From a bacterium (lineage in GTDB: Bacteria > RBG-13-61-14 > DATKZS01), in contig JAWOBU010000030.1 in assembly GCA_046484135.1 (NCBI GenBank), positions 1 to 31,601 on the forward strand: a DNA stretch of 31,601 nucleotides, given 5' to 3'. The notes under the pieces are model-generated. The model made no database searches. It was not told where the DNA came from and was given only the letters and a program-made list of their open reading frames with translations. This document shows, one piece after another, positions 18,285 through 27,083 of the stretch; position 1 is the first letter of the stretch, and every line of letters starts with the position of its first letter. A program made the position numbers and the translations under genes.

Positions 18285-19562
18285 TCAGAGGTATCCGGAC
18301 TGCCGGTTAAAGCAGTTTATGAGCACGCCGCCGTACGCGCCGTCGTCCATGACCACCAGGTCGCCCGCCTGGGCGAGCCTTCCCGCCTGGGTCTCGATCG
18401 GCGCTTCCATGATGCCGACCTTGGGAAAGATGATCTCCGCCCCGAACCTGTAGCCTTCGCCCTCGTCTATTTCCGCACCTTGCAGAAGGAAGGCCACGGA
18501 AAGCTGCTCGGTGTCCGGGTTGTCCGCCTGGTACTGTCGGACGGAGCTTCGCAGGGATTCTGTCAGGCTTATGGTGATCTCTCTTTTGCCGCGCAGGCCG
18601 CAGGCCGCGGGCCCGCTGTCGCCGGGGAATCTTTTTATCTCCAGGTTGTTCTTGCCGGAGATGGAGAAGCTCTCGAGCGATACGGCGAGCTCTTCTCCGC
18701 CCTGCAGGGAGGACCCGTCATAGTGAGCGTCCACCATCAGCCGGGCGTCGGTGAGCTTTAAGGGCGACTCGTCAATAAAGCCGGGCAGAGAGCACCAGGC
18801 CGGCTCTTCGGGAATGTAGTCCACGTGGAAATCAACGTTGTCGGAGCTCGTGCCGAGCGGCTCGGCAAAGCTTATGACCACGGGCGTGTCCGCTGACACC
18901 GAGCTTATGGAGAGCAGCCGCCATACCTCACTGCCCGCGTCTTTCGCCCGCACCCGGTAGACGTTGGCCATCCTTTCCGCTTCGGTGTCTCCCTCCACCG
19001 CGTTCTCGGAGAGGGTGATGGAGTTGGCGTTCGCGGGCGCCGTTACCATCTCGTGCATGTAATTGGTCTGGCGATGTCCGGTGCCGGTTACGTCCGCTGA
19101 CAGGGACACCCATCCTTCGCCCAGCTCGAGAGAGAAGGATTCGATGTAGTTGCCGGAAAGCCGCTCAGTAAAGATGTTTGCTCCTCTTTTCTGGACCGCG
19201 GTAAAGGAGGGCGGCTCGAGCTCCTGGCAAGGGCTTATAGAGTGCCGGTAGGCTGTAGTGCCGGCCAGGACCGACGAGCACTCTCCGAAGAAGTAAGCGA
19301 GCACGAACGCCAGGAAGTCGGGCTTGGCCATCTCCTGGGAGAGCTTGCCGGAGGCTTCCCGGGCAAAGGCGTAAATCGCGGTGGGAAGCTCGGAGCCGGA
19401 TACGGAGTCGCCGTCGTGTGAGGCGGACAGTTTGCTCTTGATGCCGGAGCCCGCGTCCATTGCCACGGACACGCCTCCGCTTTCGGAAGACTGGCCGGGT
19501 TCGGCCTCCTTGTCCCGAAACAGGGCGAACCTGCTTAAGACCTCGAGATAGTTCTTTGTCAT
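18285..19562 (-). CDS. Major tail tube protein (non-contractile tail)
   Basis: Position; PSFTAVQ..., beta-rich architecture (IESFSLELG, ESFSISGKNNLE, REITISL); no sheath or baseplate genes present. Confidence 0.65.
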   Translation of the reverse strand: MTKNYLEVLSRFALFRDKEAEPGQSSESGGVSVAMDAGSGIKSKLSASHDGDSVSGSELPTAIYAFAREASGKLSQEMAKPDFLAFVLAYFFGECSSVLAGTTAYRHSISPCQELEPPSFTAVQKRGANIFTERLSGNYIESFSLELGEGWVSLSADVTGTGHRQTNYMHEMVTAPANANSITLSENAVEGDTEAERMANVYRVRAKDAGSEVWRLLSISSVSADTPVVISFAEPLGTSSDNVDFHVDYIPEEPAWCSLPGFIDESPLKLTDARLMVDAHYDGSSLQGGEELAVSLESFSISGKNNLEIKRFPGDSGPAACGLRGKREITISLTESLRSSVRQYQADNPDTEQLSVAFLLQGAEIDEGEGYRFGAEIIFPKVGIMEAPIETQAGRLAQAGDLVVMDDGAYGGVLINCFNRQSGYL

Positions 19563-19573
19563 CTTCTCTCTCC

Positions 19574-20095
19574 TTACTCGTAGCGGAACGCGCAGGGTAC
19601 GGAGACCTCTGCGCTGAGCCTGGCGCGGGCCAAAAGTCCTTCTTTTTCCACAGCCGTGTCCGGGAACACGGTCTCGGGCACGGAAGAGACCAGGATGCCT
19701 TCGCTTCCTTCGATGAAGTCGGGCAGTCCCATGAACTGCTTGTCGGTGGCGGTCTGGTCGCGAAGGAGCTTCTCCAGCCGGGAGGCCATCTTTCTTACCT
19801 TTTCTTCAGCGTCGTTTCTGTCCATGCTTTTGTGGAGCACGGTAAAGCGCAGCTTGAACTTCTTGTCCAGGCGATAAGCGGGCATTGCAGTGGACTCGGT
19901 CTTGCCGGCGGCCCTTACCAGGACTGCGGGAAAGTCGGCCTGGCCGAAAGCCTTTGCTATGGCCTCGTCTCCCGCGGACACCGTGGCTGCCGCCTCCGAG
20001 CCGCTCTCGCGCAGTCCGCCCGCATCGGTGTCGGCAAGGACCACTTCCACCGCTTTCTCTTCCGCCCTCAAGTAATCGCCGTCAGCTAACGCCAT
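19574..20095 (-). CDS. Tail terminator / tail completion protein
   Basis: Start MALADGDY with upstream GGAGAGG; FPAVLV motif; 173 aa; directly upstream of the tail tube gene. Confidence 0.55.
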   Translation of the reverse strand: MALADGDYLRAEEKAVEVVLADTDAGGLRESGSEAAATVSAGDEAIAKAFGQADFPAVLVRAAGKTESTAMPAYRLDKKFKLRFTVLHKSMDRNDAEEKVRKMASRLEKLLRDQTATDKQFMGLPDFIEGSEGILVSSVPETVFPDTAVEKEGLLARARLSAEVSVPCAFRYE

Positions 20096-20879
20096 CGAAG
20101 TAGTCCTCTCCGTTTGAGTTCGGGTCTTCGAGCTTGCCCTGGTAGAAAGGCAACGGTCCCTGGTAACCAGCAAGCCGGACGGTGGGCACTTTGCCGTCTT
20201 TCGGCGCCAGCTTTTCGAGCTCTTGCAGGGCCTTGTTTTCCAGTGCCGCCTGGTCGGCGGCGTTGGCCCTTCCCATCCACTCGAGGCACTGGTAGGCCGC
20301 GAGCTTTCGGCAGATGAGCTCGACCAGTGCAGGCGCGGGCGGATCGGCATTGATGTCGGCAAAAGGCACCTGGTATGAGGTCTCGAGGTAGGCGTCTATT
20401 CTCCTGCTTGCGGAAGCTATTGCCCTCGCGACCATCTCGTCGGTTACAGAGGCGGGCCATGCGCCGGGCATCTCCTGCTTGACTGCGCTGACCTCGGCAT
20501 AACAGGGACCGGCGGGCGCGTCCGCCACCACCTCGAACGCGGCAATGATGGAAGGACATGGTGAAACCTCGGTGCCGCTCACCTTGGCGTACACGTGCGC
20601 ATTCGCAGTCCCGAGCGCGAACCCGGCGAGATCGAGGCCGGAGACCTCGACGAACTTGCCGCCGCCGGGATGGTAGTCTTCGTGATAATCGTCTCCCTGG
20701 ACCAGGGCCGGATCGCTGCCGGCGGTGGCGGTGAACTGAAGGGTCCCTTCCGAGTCGTAAAACTCGACCTTGAGGCCGGGATCGTCCCAGTCCGGGTACA
20801 CCCAGTGGCCGTGCCCGTCCGGCACCCGGAAGTCGAACCTGGCCTTACTTGACTTTGCGTACCTTACAAGAGAGTTCAT
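20082..20879 (-). CDS. Head-tail adaptor (Mu gp36/DUF1320-like C-terminal domain) with extra N-terminal beta domain
   Basis: YAEVSAVK...AIASASRRIDAYLETSYQVPF...PALVELICRKLAAY is the adaptor pattern. Confidence 0.72.
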   Translation of the reverse strand: MNSLVRYAKSSKARFDFRVPDGHGHWVYPDWDDPGLKVEFYDSEGTLQFTATAGSDPALVQGDDYHEDYHPGGGKFVEVSGLDLAGFALGTANAHVYAKVSGTEVSPCPSIIAAFEVVADAPAGPCYAEVSAVKQEMPGAWPASVTDEMVARAIASASRRIDAYLETSYQVPFADINADPPAPALVELICRKLAAYQCLEWMGRANAADQAALENKALQELEKLAPKDGKVPTVRLAGYQGPLPFYQGKLEDPNSNGEDYFDGVS

Positions 20880-22264
20880 GTTCTCCTCACTATCTCCGGC
20901 ATGCGCCGGGCGGTGACGGCCGGGACCAGCGGCTCGGTTACCTGCTCGTACCCCATGTCAATCGAGCTCGCCCTTTTCTTTCCGCTAAAGCCGGAGCTGT
21001 CCAATGCCGCGCCCGCGCCGAGACACGGGCTGCCTTTCACCGGCACATAATCGCCGTCGAGCAGGGGATCGCAATCAATGGAGTTCGAGTCGCGGCCGTA
21101 CAACGCGCGCCACTGGTCGAGGGTCTTGTCCTCTCCGTTGAAATGGGCAGTCCAGCCCTCGTCCGGATAAAAGCAGTTGAAGTCCGACCATAAGAGGCTC
21201 AGTCCTTCCGGGCCCTGGTCAGCCAGGTGGATGCACTCGATTTCCGGGTCGGCGGGAACAAATATGTTGTTGGCCATGAGCAAGGTGAAAGGCTTTAGAC
21301 CTTCATGCTTCACTCCGTGTCTCCGGGCCGCCATGGTGTTGTTGACAAGTACAAGGGTGAGCTCGGAGTTGCTCATTATGGACTGGTAATGTCCTTCCAG
21401 CAGGCAGCCCCGTACCAAGACCAGGTTGCGATAATCGGAAGGATACGTCCCCAGGGTGCCCAGGGCCTCGATGGACCCGCCCGTGATTCTGCAGTTGTTG
21501 ACCTCCAGGCGGTCCGCCAGATAGGTGAAAACTCCTATGCCCATGTCTCCGGCCGACCCGTCCATGACACAGCGCGAGACCCGCCAGTCAGCGACCATGG
21601 CATTGTCAGTAGGAACAATGGCCGCCCCTCCGCGAACCAAGCGGAGCCCCTCGGCACGGACGCGGCTGACATCGCTGCCCACCAGGCAGCCGTCTCCTCC
21701 CTCGTCGTCCAAGGTGACGTCTTCATCGCTCTCCACGTCTATCACGAGCGGATGGCCGCAGGCGGGCGCCACCGTGTTCACGTAAAGCACGTAGCCGGAA
21801 GCTCCCTGCCCGTAGGTTCCGGACCAGCCGCGGACATAGTGGGTCTCGCTGAAGGGTGTGCTTCCTTCCTGGGAGAGAATTGCGTCAAAAGCGGCCTGGG
21901 GAGTGCTGTAGGTCCGGCCGGGACCGTAGTCCCACACGGTCGAGTGCGAGCGGTCCAGCCCTTCCGGGCCGGGCACCTTTTTAAGCGAAGAAGACTCGAT
22001 CTCGAGCCTCTCCTTTATGATGCGGGCGGGATCGGACAGGCCGGTTATGCTTCCTTCCTTGTAGAGCAGTCCGGAGGCGCTCAACGCGAGAGGTTCGGAA
22101 GCGCGCTTCTTGGAAAGCTCGGGAGAGTCCGGCACTGTTACCGGCTTCCAGAGCCTGCCGCTTTTTTCATAGTCGGTGGGCTTTGCAAAGTCGGGCAGTA
22201 TTGCAGATACCCATCCTTTGGGCAGGTATGCGTCCTCCCGATCAATCACCAGCAGTGTTGGCAT
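20876..22264 (-). CDS. Right-handed parallel beta-helix (pectin lyase-like) virion protein
   Basis: YSTPQAA, repeated VNNCRI / VNNT / ANNIF, SDFNCF, and C-terminal DPLL...SPCLGAG...DMGYE. Confidence 0.7.
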   Translation of the reverse strand: MPTLLVIDREDAYLPKGWVSAILPDFAKPTDYEKSGRLWKPVTVPDSPELSKKRASEPLALSASGLLYKEGSITGLSDPARIIKERLEIESSSLKKVPGPEGLDRSHSTVWDYGPGRTYSTPQAAFDAILSQEGSTPFSETHYVRGWSGTYGQGASGYVLYVNTVAPACGHPLVIDVESDEDVTLDDEGGDGCLVGSDVSRVRAEGLRLVRGGAAIVPTDNAMVADWRVSRCVMDGSAGDMGIGVFTYLADRLEVNNCRITGGSIEALGTLGTYPSDYRNLVLVRGCLLEGHYQSIMSNSELTLVLVNNTMAARRHGVKHEGLKPFTLLMANNIFVPADPEIECIHLADQGPEGLSLLWSDFNCFYPDEGWTAHFNGEDKTLDQWRALYGRDSNSIDCDPLLDGDYVPVKGSPCLGAGAALDSSGFSGKKRASSIDMGYEQVTEPLVPAVTARRMPEIVRRT

Positions 22265-22289
22265 GAGGGCTTTCCTTTTCTACGGGTTC

Positions 22290-22967
22290 TCAGACTTCGG
22301 GTTCCACCAGTTCCTGCCAGGCCAGCCAGTGGCTTTCATCAACTTCGATCTGCCGGAGATGGCCGCACACCAGCCTGGTGTCGGTAAGGATGGAGAAGCC
22401 GGCTTCCCGGGCTTTTTGACAAAAGGCCACGTCCTCGGTCACGGTGCGCTCGCCGGTCTTCTCATAGACCTGGTACTCGAACCAGGGAGCGGCAGTTGCG
22501 CGAAAAACCTCGGTGTGGATGAGCGCCGCTCCCATGCCGATGACGTGGGTCTCCACGAGTCCCTTTTGCGAGGTGTCAATGGGCGAGAGAAGCTGCGGGC
22601 CGCTCGTGCTCCGGAACAGCGAGCTTACGCACTGGTGGGGCGGGAGCTTCTTGAAGTAGGAGGCGCTGATTATGGCGGCCTTGCTCTCCAGGGCGTCTTC
22701 GAGAAGCGCGGTCGCAAGGTCCGCGGGATGGGTCATGTCCGCGTCCAGGAAAAGTATCCAGTCGGCGCCGATCTCGAGTGTCTTTTCCACCAGCCGGTTC
22801 CGGTTTACGTCCAGCGGTGTTACGCGGTTGAAAAGCTGGTAGTAATTCTCGACGCCGAGCCTTTTCAAGCTACGGAGCCTCTCCGGCGAGAAGAGCCTCG
22901 AGTAGCTTATGAAAAAGGGGGTGGGCAGGAATTCCCAGCTTATGGGCACGCAGACCGCGAGTTTCAT
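22290..22967 (-). CDS. GT-A fold (GT2-like) glycosyltransferase
   Basis: RNRLV, WILFLDAD (DxD), GMGAALIHTEVF, EDVAFC, CGH. Confidence 0.85.
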   Translation of the reverse strand: MKLAVCVPISWEFLPTPFFISYSRLFSPERLRSLKRLGVENYYQLFNRVTPLDVNRNRLVEKTLEIGADWILFLDADMTHPADLATALLEDALESKAAIISASYFKKLPPHQCVSSLFRSTSGPQLLSPIDTSQKGLVETHVIGMGAALIHTEVFRATAAPWFEYQVYEKTGERTVTEDVAFCQKAREAGFSILTDTRLVCGHLRQIEVDESHWLAWQELVEPEV

Positions 22968-23007
22968 TTTTTCTCCTTCGTTTTTTAAGTTCCCTTGGAA
23001 GGGAGGG

Positions 23008-23035
23008 GAGGGAGGCCGGAGCTCCGGCCCCCCTC
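23008..23035 (-). terminator. GC-rich hairpin right after the major capsid gene (terminator or mRNA-stabilising stem)
   Basis: GAGGGAGGCCGGA-GC-TCCGGCCCCCCTC; no clear U-tract on the minus strand. Confidence 0.5.
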
Positions 23036-23045
23036 AGGGAGAGGA

Positions 23046-24053
23046 TCAGGAAGTGGCGCACCTTCTAAGCTGCTTGGGTTCTCCTATGACGGCCCCGTAC
23101 CTTCCCCATCCGGCCACGGTCTCGGCATAAGCCAGCACGTCCTGCTCGGAGAGGATGGAGAGCTCCATGCGGTTTCCGCTTTTGATCTTCTTGCCGGGCA
23201 GGGCCACGAAGTACTGGGAGGTCTCTGCCGCGGACAGGTCCTTGGATTTGAGCCGGGTGGTTACTGCAAGCCGCACGTTGAAGTTGACCGCGCTCCCTTC
23301 GCCGAGCCCGCCGGATACGTTACCCAGCATGGATATGCGAAGCGCGTTTCTTAAGCGGGCCATGAGCTGGACGGGCGCGACGATGACAAAGGTCGAGTTG
23401 GCGTTTACGTCAAAGCCCAACCCCTGCATGTCGTCGAGGATGGCGGCGCAGGCGTAGTTTATGGTCTCGGCGTCGCGCGACTCCCTGCTGTCCTCTGCCG
23501 CTCCCTGCCATGCCACGTCGCTGTCGTCGCGGGACGCGCTTATGAGGTCATAGTGGGCCTGGGCCTTGTTGGCGTACCATCGGGCGCGGAACTCGCGTGC
23601 CACGTCCTCGATCTTCCAGTACTCCTCGTCGTCGAACCAGAGGCGGGACCATCCCAGGGCGCCGCCGTACAGGTCGAAGTCCACCGCCACCTTTTCGCCG
23701 GAGACCTTGTAGACGCTTGCCTTCTCGCCGGGCTTTACTGCGCGGAAGGACAGCCCGGAGGACACGTCCAGAAGATCGAAGCTGTTCTTGCGGGTGCCGG
23801 TGAAGTCAATGACGTCAAAGACCTGCATCCATCCGGTGTCGGGGTCGTCCACCTGGTGATACCTGGCGATGGCTTCGGCCGCGTCCGCGGGGAAGTCGCC
23901 GGGAGTGGTGAACTCCTGCACCGCGGCCCTGATCTCCTCGCCCGCGTTTCTGGGCCTGTCCATGTAGTACTGGACCGCCTCGATGAACTGCTTCTGTCCC
24001 TCCTGGTTTGCGAGGTCCACCTTCTTCCAGTCCGCTATCATTTTTCCTTTCAT
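23046..24053 (-). CDS. Major capsid protein (HK97-fold, inferred)
   Basis: 335 aa, strong RBS (AAGGAG), follows scaffold and decoration genes; VKPGEK..., YGGALG, C-terminal GWGRYGAVIG resemble capsid patterns. Confidence 0.75.
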   Translation of the reverse strand: MKGKMIADWKKVDLANQEGQKQFIEAVQYYMDRPRNAGEEIRAAVQEFTTPGDFPADAAEAIARYHQVDDPDTGWMQVFDVIDFTGTRKNSFDLLDVSSGLSFRAVKPGEKASVYKVSGEKVAVDFDLYGGALGWSRLWFDDEEYWKIEDVAREFRARWYANKAQAHYDLISASRDDSDVAWQGAAEDSRESRDAETINYACAAILDDMQGLGFDVNANSTFVIVAPVQLMARLRNALRISMLGNVSGGLGEGSAVNFNVRLAVTTRLKSKDLSAAETSQYFVALPGKKIKSGNRMELSILSEQDVLAYAETVAGWGRYGAVIGEPKQLRRCATS

Positions 24054-24065
24054 GTTCTACTCCTT

Positions 24066-24428
24066 TCAGGCCAGGACCATGAGGTCCATCAGAAGCTCGT
24101 CGTCGCTGGTGCCGGCGGCTTCCAGCGCTCTCCCGCACTTGGTGTTTCCGGTGGCCTCGCTGGTTACGTTCTTTTCGGCGCCGTCGAAGTAGACCAGGTC
24201 TCCGGCGGAGAAGCTTATGCCGGTGGCCTTGGGCACCACGATCTTTTCCGCTTCGTAGACCAGGACGAAGTCGGAGCTGGTGCCTGCGTCCTCAACCACT
24301 ACGCCGATGGTGCTTCCCACCACCGTCATGTCGCCCGCGCTGTGGGTGGTGGTCGAGTCGGTGGTGGCTTTCAAGGTCTTGGCGCTCTCCAGCCTGGTCC
24401 GAAGTTTCAGTCCGCTTTCAACTACCAT
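24066..24428 (-). CDS. Capsid decoration/cement protein (DUF2190-like)
   Basis: AGDMTVVG..IGV, VPKATG..FSAGDLVYFD, GNTKCGRALEAA. Confidence 0.75.
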   Translation of the reverse strand: MVVESGLKLRTRLESAKTLKATTDSTTTHSAGDMTVVGSTIGVVVEDAGTSSDFVLVYEAEKIVVPKATGISFSAGDLVYFDGAEKNVTSEATGNTKCGRALEAAGTSDDELLMDLMVLA

Positions 24429-24483
24429 GGTTTCCTCCTTCTCGGGTTATGGGATGCGTGTTGCCGGCTTTGTTCTTTCGCGC

Positions 24484-25548
24484 TCACTTCTTACCGGCGG
24501 GAATGAGCGGATTTGCCGGTTTCGGTTTCTCCTTCTCTGGCGGAGAAGGTATGAACTCGCGGGACCAGAGCTTGCGGAGCTTTTTCATTTTTTCGACTTC
24601 CGTTTCAATCCTGCTTTTTACTTTTGCTTCCAGGTCCCGGGTGTTCTCCGGAGGCCTGCGCCGGAGCTCGTCCAGGATGATGTCCTTTTCTGATTCCCGG
24701 AGAGAAGAGCCTGCAAGCTCGCGCCGGGCCACATCCTCCGCCCGGCTCGCGGCCGTCTCTTGGTTTGCTTTGGCTTCGTAGTCCTCGATCTTTCGGGAGA
24801 GCTCGTGGATTCTTTCCTCGTCCTCATGGCGGCGGCTTGTAATGATCTCTTTGACTACGGGGTCGTTTTCGAGCGTGTCCTTGCTGAAGAGTTCGGAAGG
24901 ATTGGAGTCCGGGCAGTGGCTTTCCCGCTCCTGGTCAGGCTGGGAAGGCTCTTGCGGTTCGTCGTTCTCGAACTCCTCGACCATGGCGAGCACTGCCGCG
25001 GCAGGGAAGCCGGGGCGGCTTTGGCTTTTTTTACCGAGAGCTACACCGGTTACCTTGTTGATCGCGCTTACCAGCCAGGAGTCGTTCTCGAGGCCCTGGT
25101 CGCGCTTGCACACGACCTCGGCCTCGATGGAGCAGGTGTCGAGCTGTCCTTCACGGATGCTGTTCTTGACGGCCGGGTCGGTGATATGGGCGAGAGCGGA
25201 CGCGCCTGCTTTCCTGCCTTTTTTGCTTTGCCAGGCGGCCTTGATCTCTCCTACTTTTGCTCTTTCAGTTCCCGGCCTTTCATGGGAGAGGTAGAGGGGC
25301 ACTCCGGGGGACAGCCTTTGCGCGAGCTCGATGATCTTCTCTTTGGACCAGAACTTCCTGGTCTTCTTCTTCCTGCTGCCGGTTACCATGTTGCCGGTTG
25401 ACCAGCCTTCATGTCCCGCCAGCAGCTCGACGAACATGGGCCGGGGATCATTTCTGCGCAGTGCTTCATAGGCGCGCTTTCCGATGCGCTCCATAACCTG
25501 CCCGGCGCTCATCTCCTCTACCGTGGTTATGATCCGGATGGTCTCCAT
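24484..25548 (-). CDS. Prohead protease / scaffold protein
   Basis: Start METIRII; YLSH...VGEI, CSIEA, TGVALG...PGFPAA (protease-like) then a charged coiled scaffold ending in NPLIP. Confidence 0.65.
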   Translation of the reverse strand: METIRIITTVEEMSAGQVMERIGKRAYEALRRNDPRPMFVELLAGHEGWSTGNMVTGSRKKKTRKFWSKEKIIELAQRLSPGVPLYLSHERPGTERAKVGEIKAAWQSKKGRKAGASALAHITDPAVKNSIREGQLDTCSIEAEVVCKRDQGLENDSWLVSAINKVTGVALGKKSQSRPGFPAAAVLAMVEEFENDEPQEPSQPDQERESHCPDSNPSELFSKDTLENDPVVKEIITSRRHEDEERIHELSRKIEDYEAKANQETAASRAEDVARRELAGSSLRESEKDIILDELRRRPPENTRDLEAKVKSRIETEVEKMKKLRKLWSREFIPSPPEKEKPKPANPLIPAGKK

Positions 25549-25571
25549 GTCCTGTCCTCTTTTTCCTCTCA

Positions 25572-26852
25572 TTACTCTTTTGCTCCTTCCTGTTCCGCGG
25601 CCGAGTCGCCTCGTGATGGTTGTTCTTCCACGTCGGGCAGGAGCTTCAGCATGGTGTCGAGCGTGATGGCCCCCGCCTGGTAGAGCGGCAGGTAGAGCTC
25701 CTTGAGCCTCTGCACCTGGGCGCGGGTGATGAATCGCATGCAGGGGGCGACCCTGCCGGTCTGCAAGGGCGCCGTTCCCCGGGGCGCGGCACTGTTTTTT
25801 TGTTTTATCGCTTTGTCGAAGAGCTCGGCAAAGCCTCCGAGCCATGACCTCTGCTCGGATATGGACACCAGCGCGACCGGTTCCATGGTGTTCTCCGCGG
25901 TGGCGCGGTTGGACATGAACTCGGGAAAGCCCAAAAACTGGACGGGCACGCCCGCTCCGCCTGCGAGCACCTTGATCTTGGTCTCGATCTCCTGCTTTAT
26001 TGAGTCGGAACCGGTGCCCTCCATTCCCACCAGTGAGAATTCGGCGGGTCCGGCAAAGACCTTTCCTATCTTCCAGTCCACGCCGGGCGCGAGCAGTCGG
26101 TCATAAAGGTCCTTGGCCTGCTGGATGTCCGCGGTCTTGAAGTAAGGGGTGGGAGAAGCGAAGTACCGGTTTATGGTCCTCCAGTTGCGCAGTGCGTAGT
26201 CAATGTCCTCTGCTTCCTGGAGCAGTCCGGAGAGGGTGGGGACTCCTTCCCGCGAGTGGATGCGGGCGTTGAACTTGATGAAGACCGCCTGGTCCGGAGG
26301 TATGTTCACGGTGTTGCCGTGGTCGTTTTCGTAGGAGATGGATTCTATGTCGGTGTAGGTGTGGTCCGCGTAGGCGACCCGGTAATGGGTGTCGTTCCAG
26401 GAGATGAAGCGCACGCGCACGTTGTCCTCGTCAGGCAGGTAATCGAGTACCAGGAGCACCTGTCCTTCCAGCTCCTTTTCCACTGCGAGCTGTTGCCCGA
26501 ACTGGCCGTCGAGCTGATTGCCGGCTATGGTCCGGTTTATAAAATCGAGCTCGGGCGGCTCGTGGCCGGGCTGTGCCGGCCGGGCCGAGAGCCCGTTCGC
26601 CATGGCGAAAGCGGCGCGGGTGTCCACTATCCTCTGGATGAGCTGGTTCCCGGCTTTTGCGTACCCCTTGTACTTGTTGACCAGCTCGGCCACCAGCGCC
26701 TCCCGCGACCGGTAGGGATTGGCTGAAGCGGGCACGGCCCGGGCCTTCTCGCCCGCCTTGTAGGTCAGGATGTCGGTTACGTACTCCTCGGTGCGCGCGA
26801 GCTTTACCTCGAGCTCTTTTATCCTTTTCTTTCTGTTTTTTCTTCCCGGCAA
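25572..26852 (-). CDS. Portal protein
   Basis: 426 aa downstream of the terminase; GVPTL, AGGAGVPVQFLG, SNRATA, GAITLDT resemble portal motifs. Confidence 0.72.
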   Translation of the reverse strand: MPGRKNRKKRIKELEVKLARTEEYVTDILTYKAGEKARAVPASANPYRSREALVAELVNKYKGYAKAGNQLIQRIVDTRAAFAMANGLSARPAQPGHEPPELDFINRTIAGNQLDGQFGQQLAVEKELEGQVLLVLDYLPDEDNVRVRFISWNDTHYRVAYADHTYTDIESISYENDHGNTVNIPPDQAVFIKFNARIHSREGVPTLSGLLQEAEDIDYALRNWRTINRYFASPTPYFKTADIQQAKDLYDRLLAPGVDWKIGKVFAGPAEFSLVGMEGTGSDSIKQEIETKIKVLAGGAGVPVQFLGFPEFMSNRATAENTMEPVALVSISEQRSWLGGFAELFDKAIKQKNSAAPRGTAPLQTGRVAPCMRFITRAQVQRLKELYLPLYQAGAITLDTMLKLLPDVEEQPSRGDSAAEQEGAKE

Positions 26853-27083
26853 CTTGATCCTCCCTTACGCGGTCCGGATATTTTCCCCTTTTTACCTGTT
26901 GGGAGTTTTGTTGCACTTCGTTAAAGGCATCTTTTACAAAAGCGGCTCGCTAACGGCCCCGCCGCATGATCTTTTTTCCAACAATGCTTTGTTTCCGGGA
27001 AGTTCGGGCTTCAAAAAAATTTTGTAAAAGAGGCCGTTTGTAAAAGCCTGTAAAACACGGCCGGCAGGGGTTTGAGAGGGTCC

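Noticed and set aside
13808..19562. Contractile injection system or tailocin
   Set aside because: No sheath or baseplate wedge genes, and a complete head and packaging module is present.
24484..25845. Longer upstream starts given in the ORF track (25845, 20362, 16279, 13097, 12850, 3614)
   Set aside because: They overlap upstream genes; downstream ATGs near the upstream stop codons, several with an RBS, fit better.
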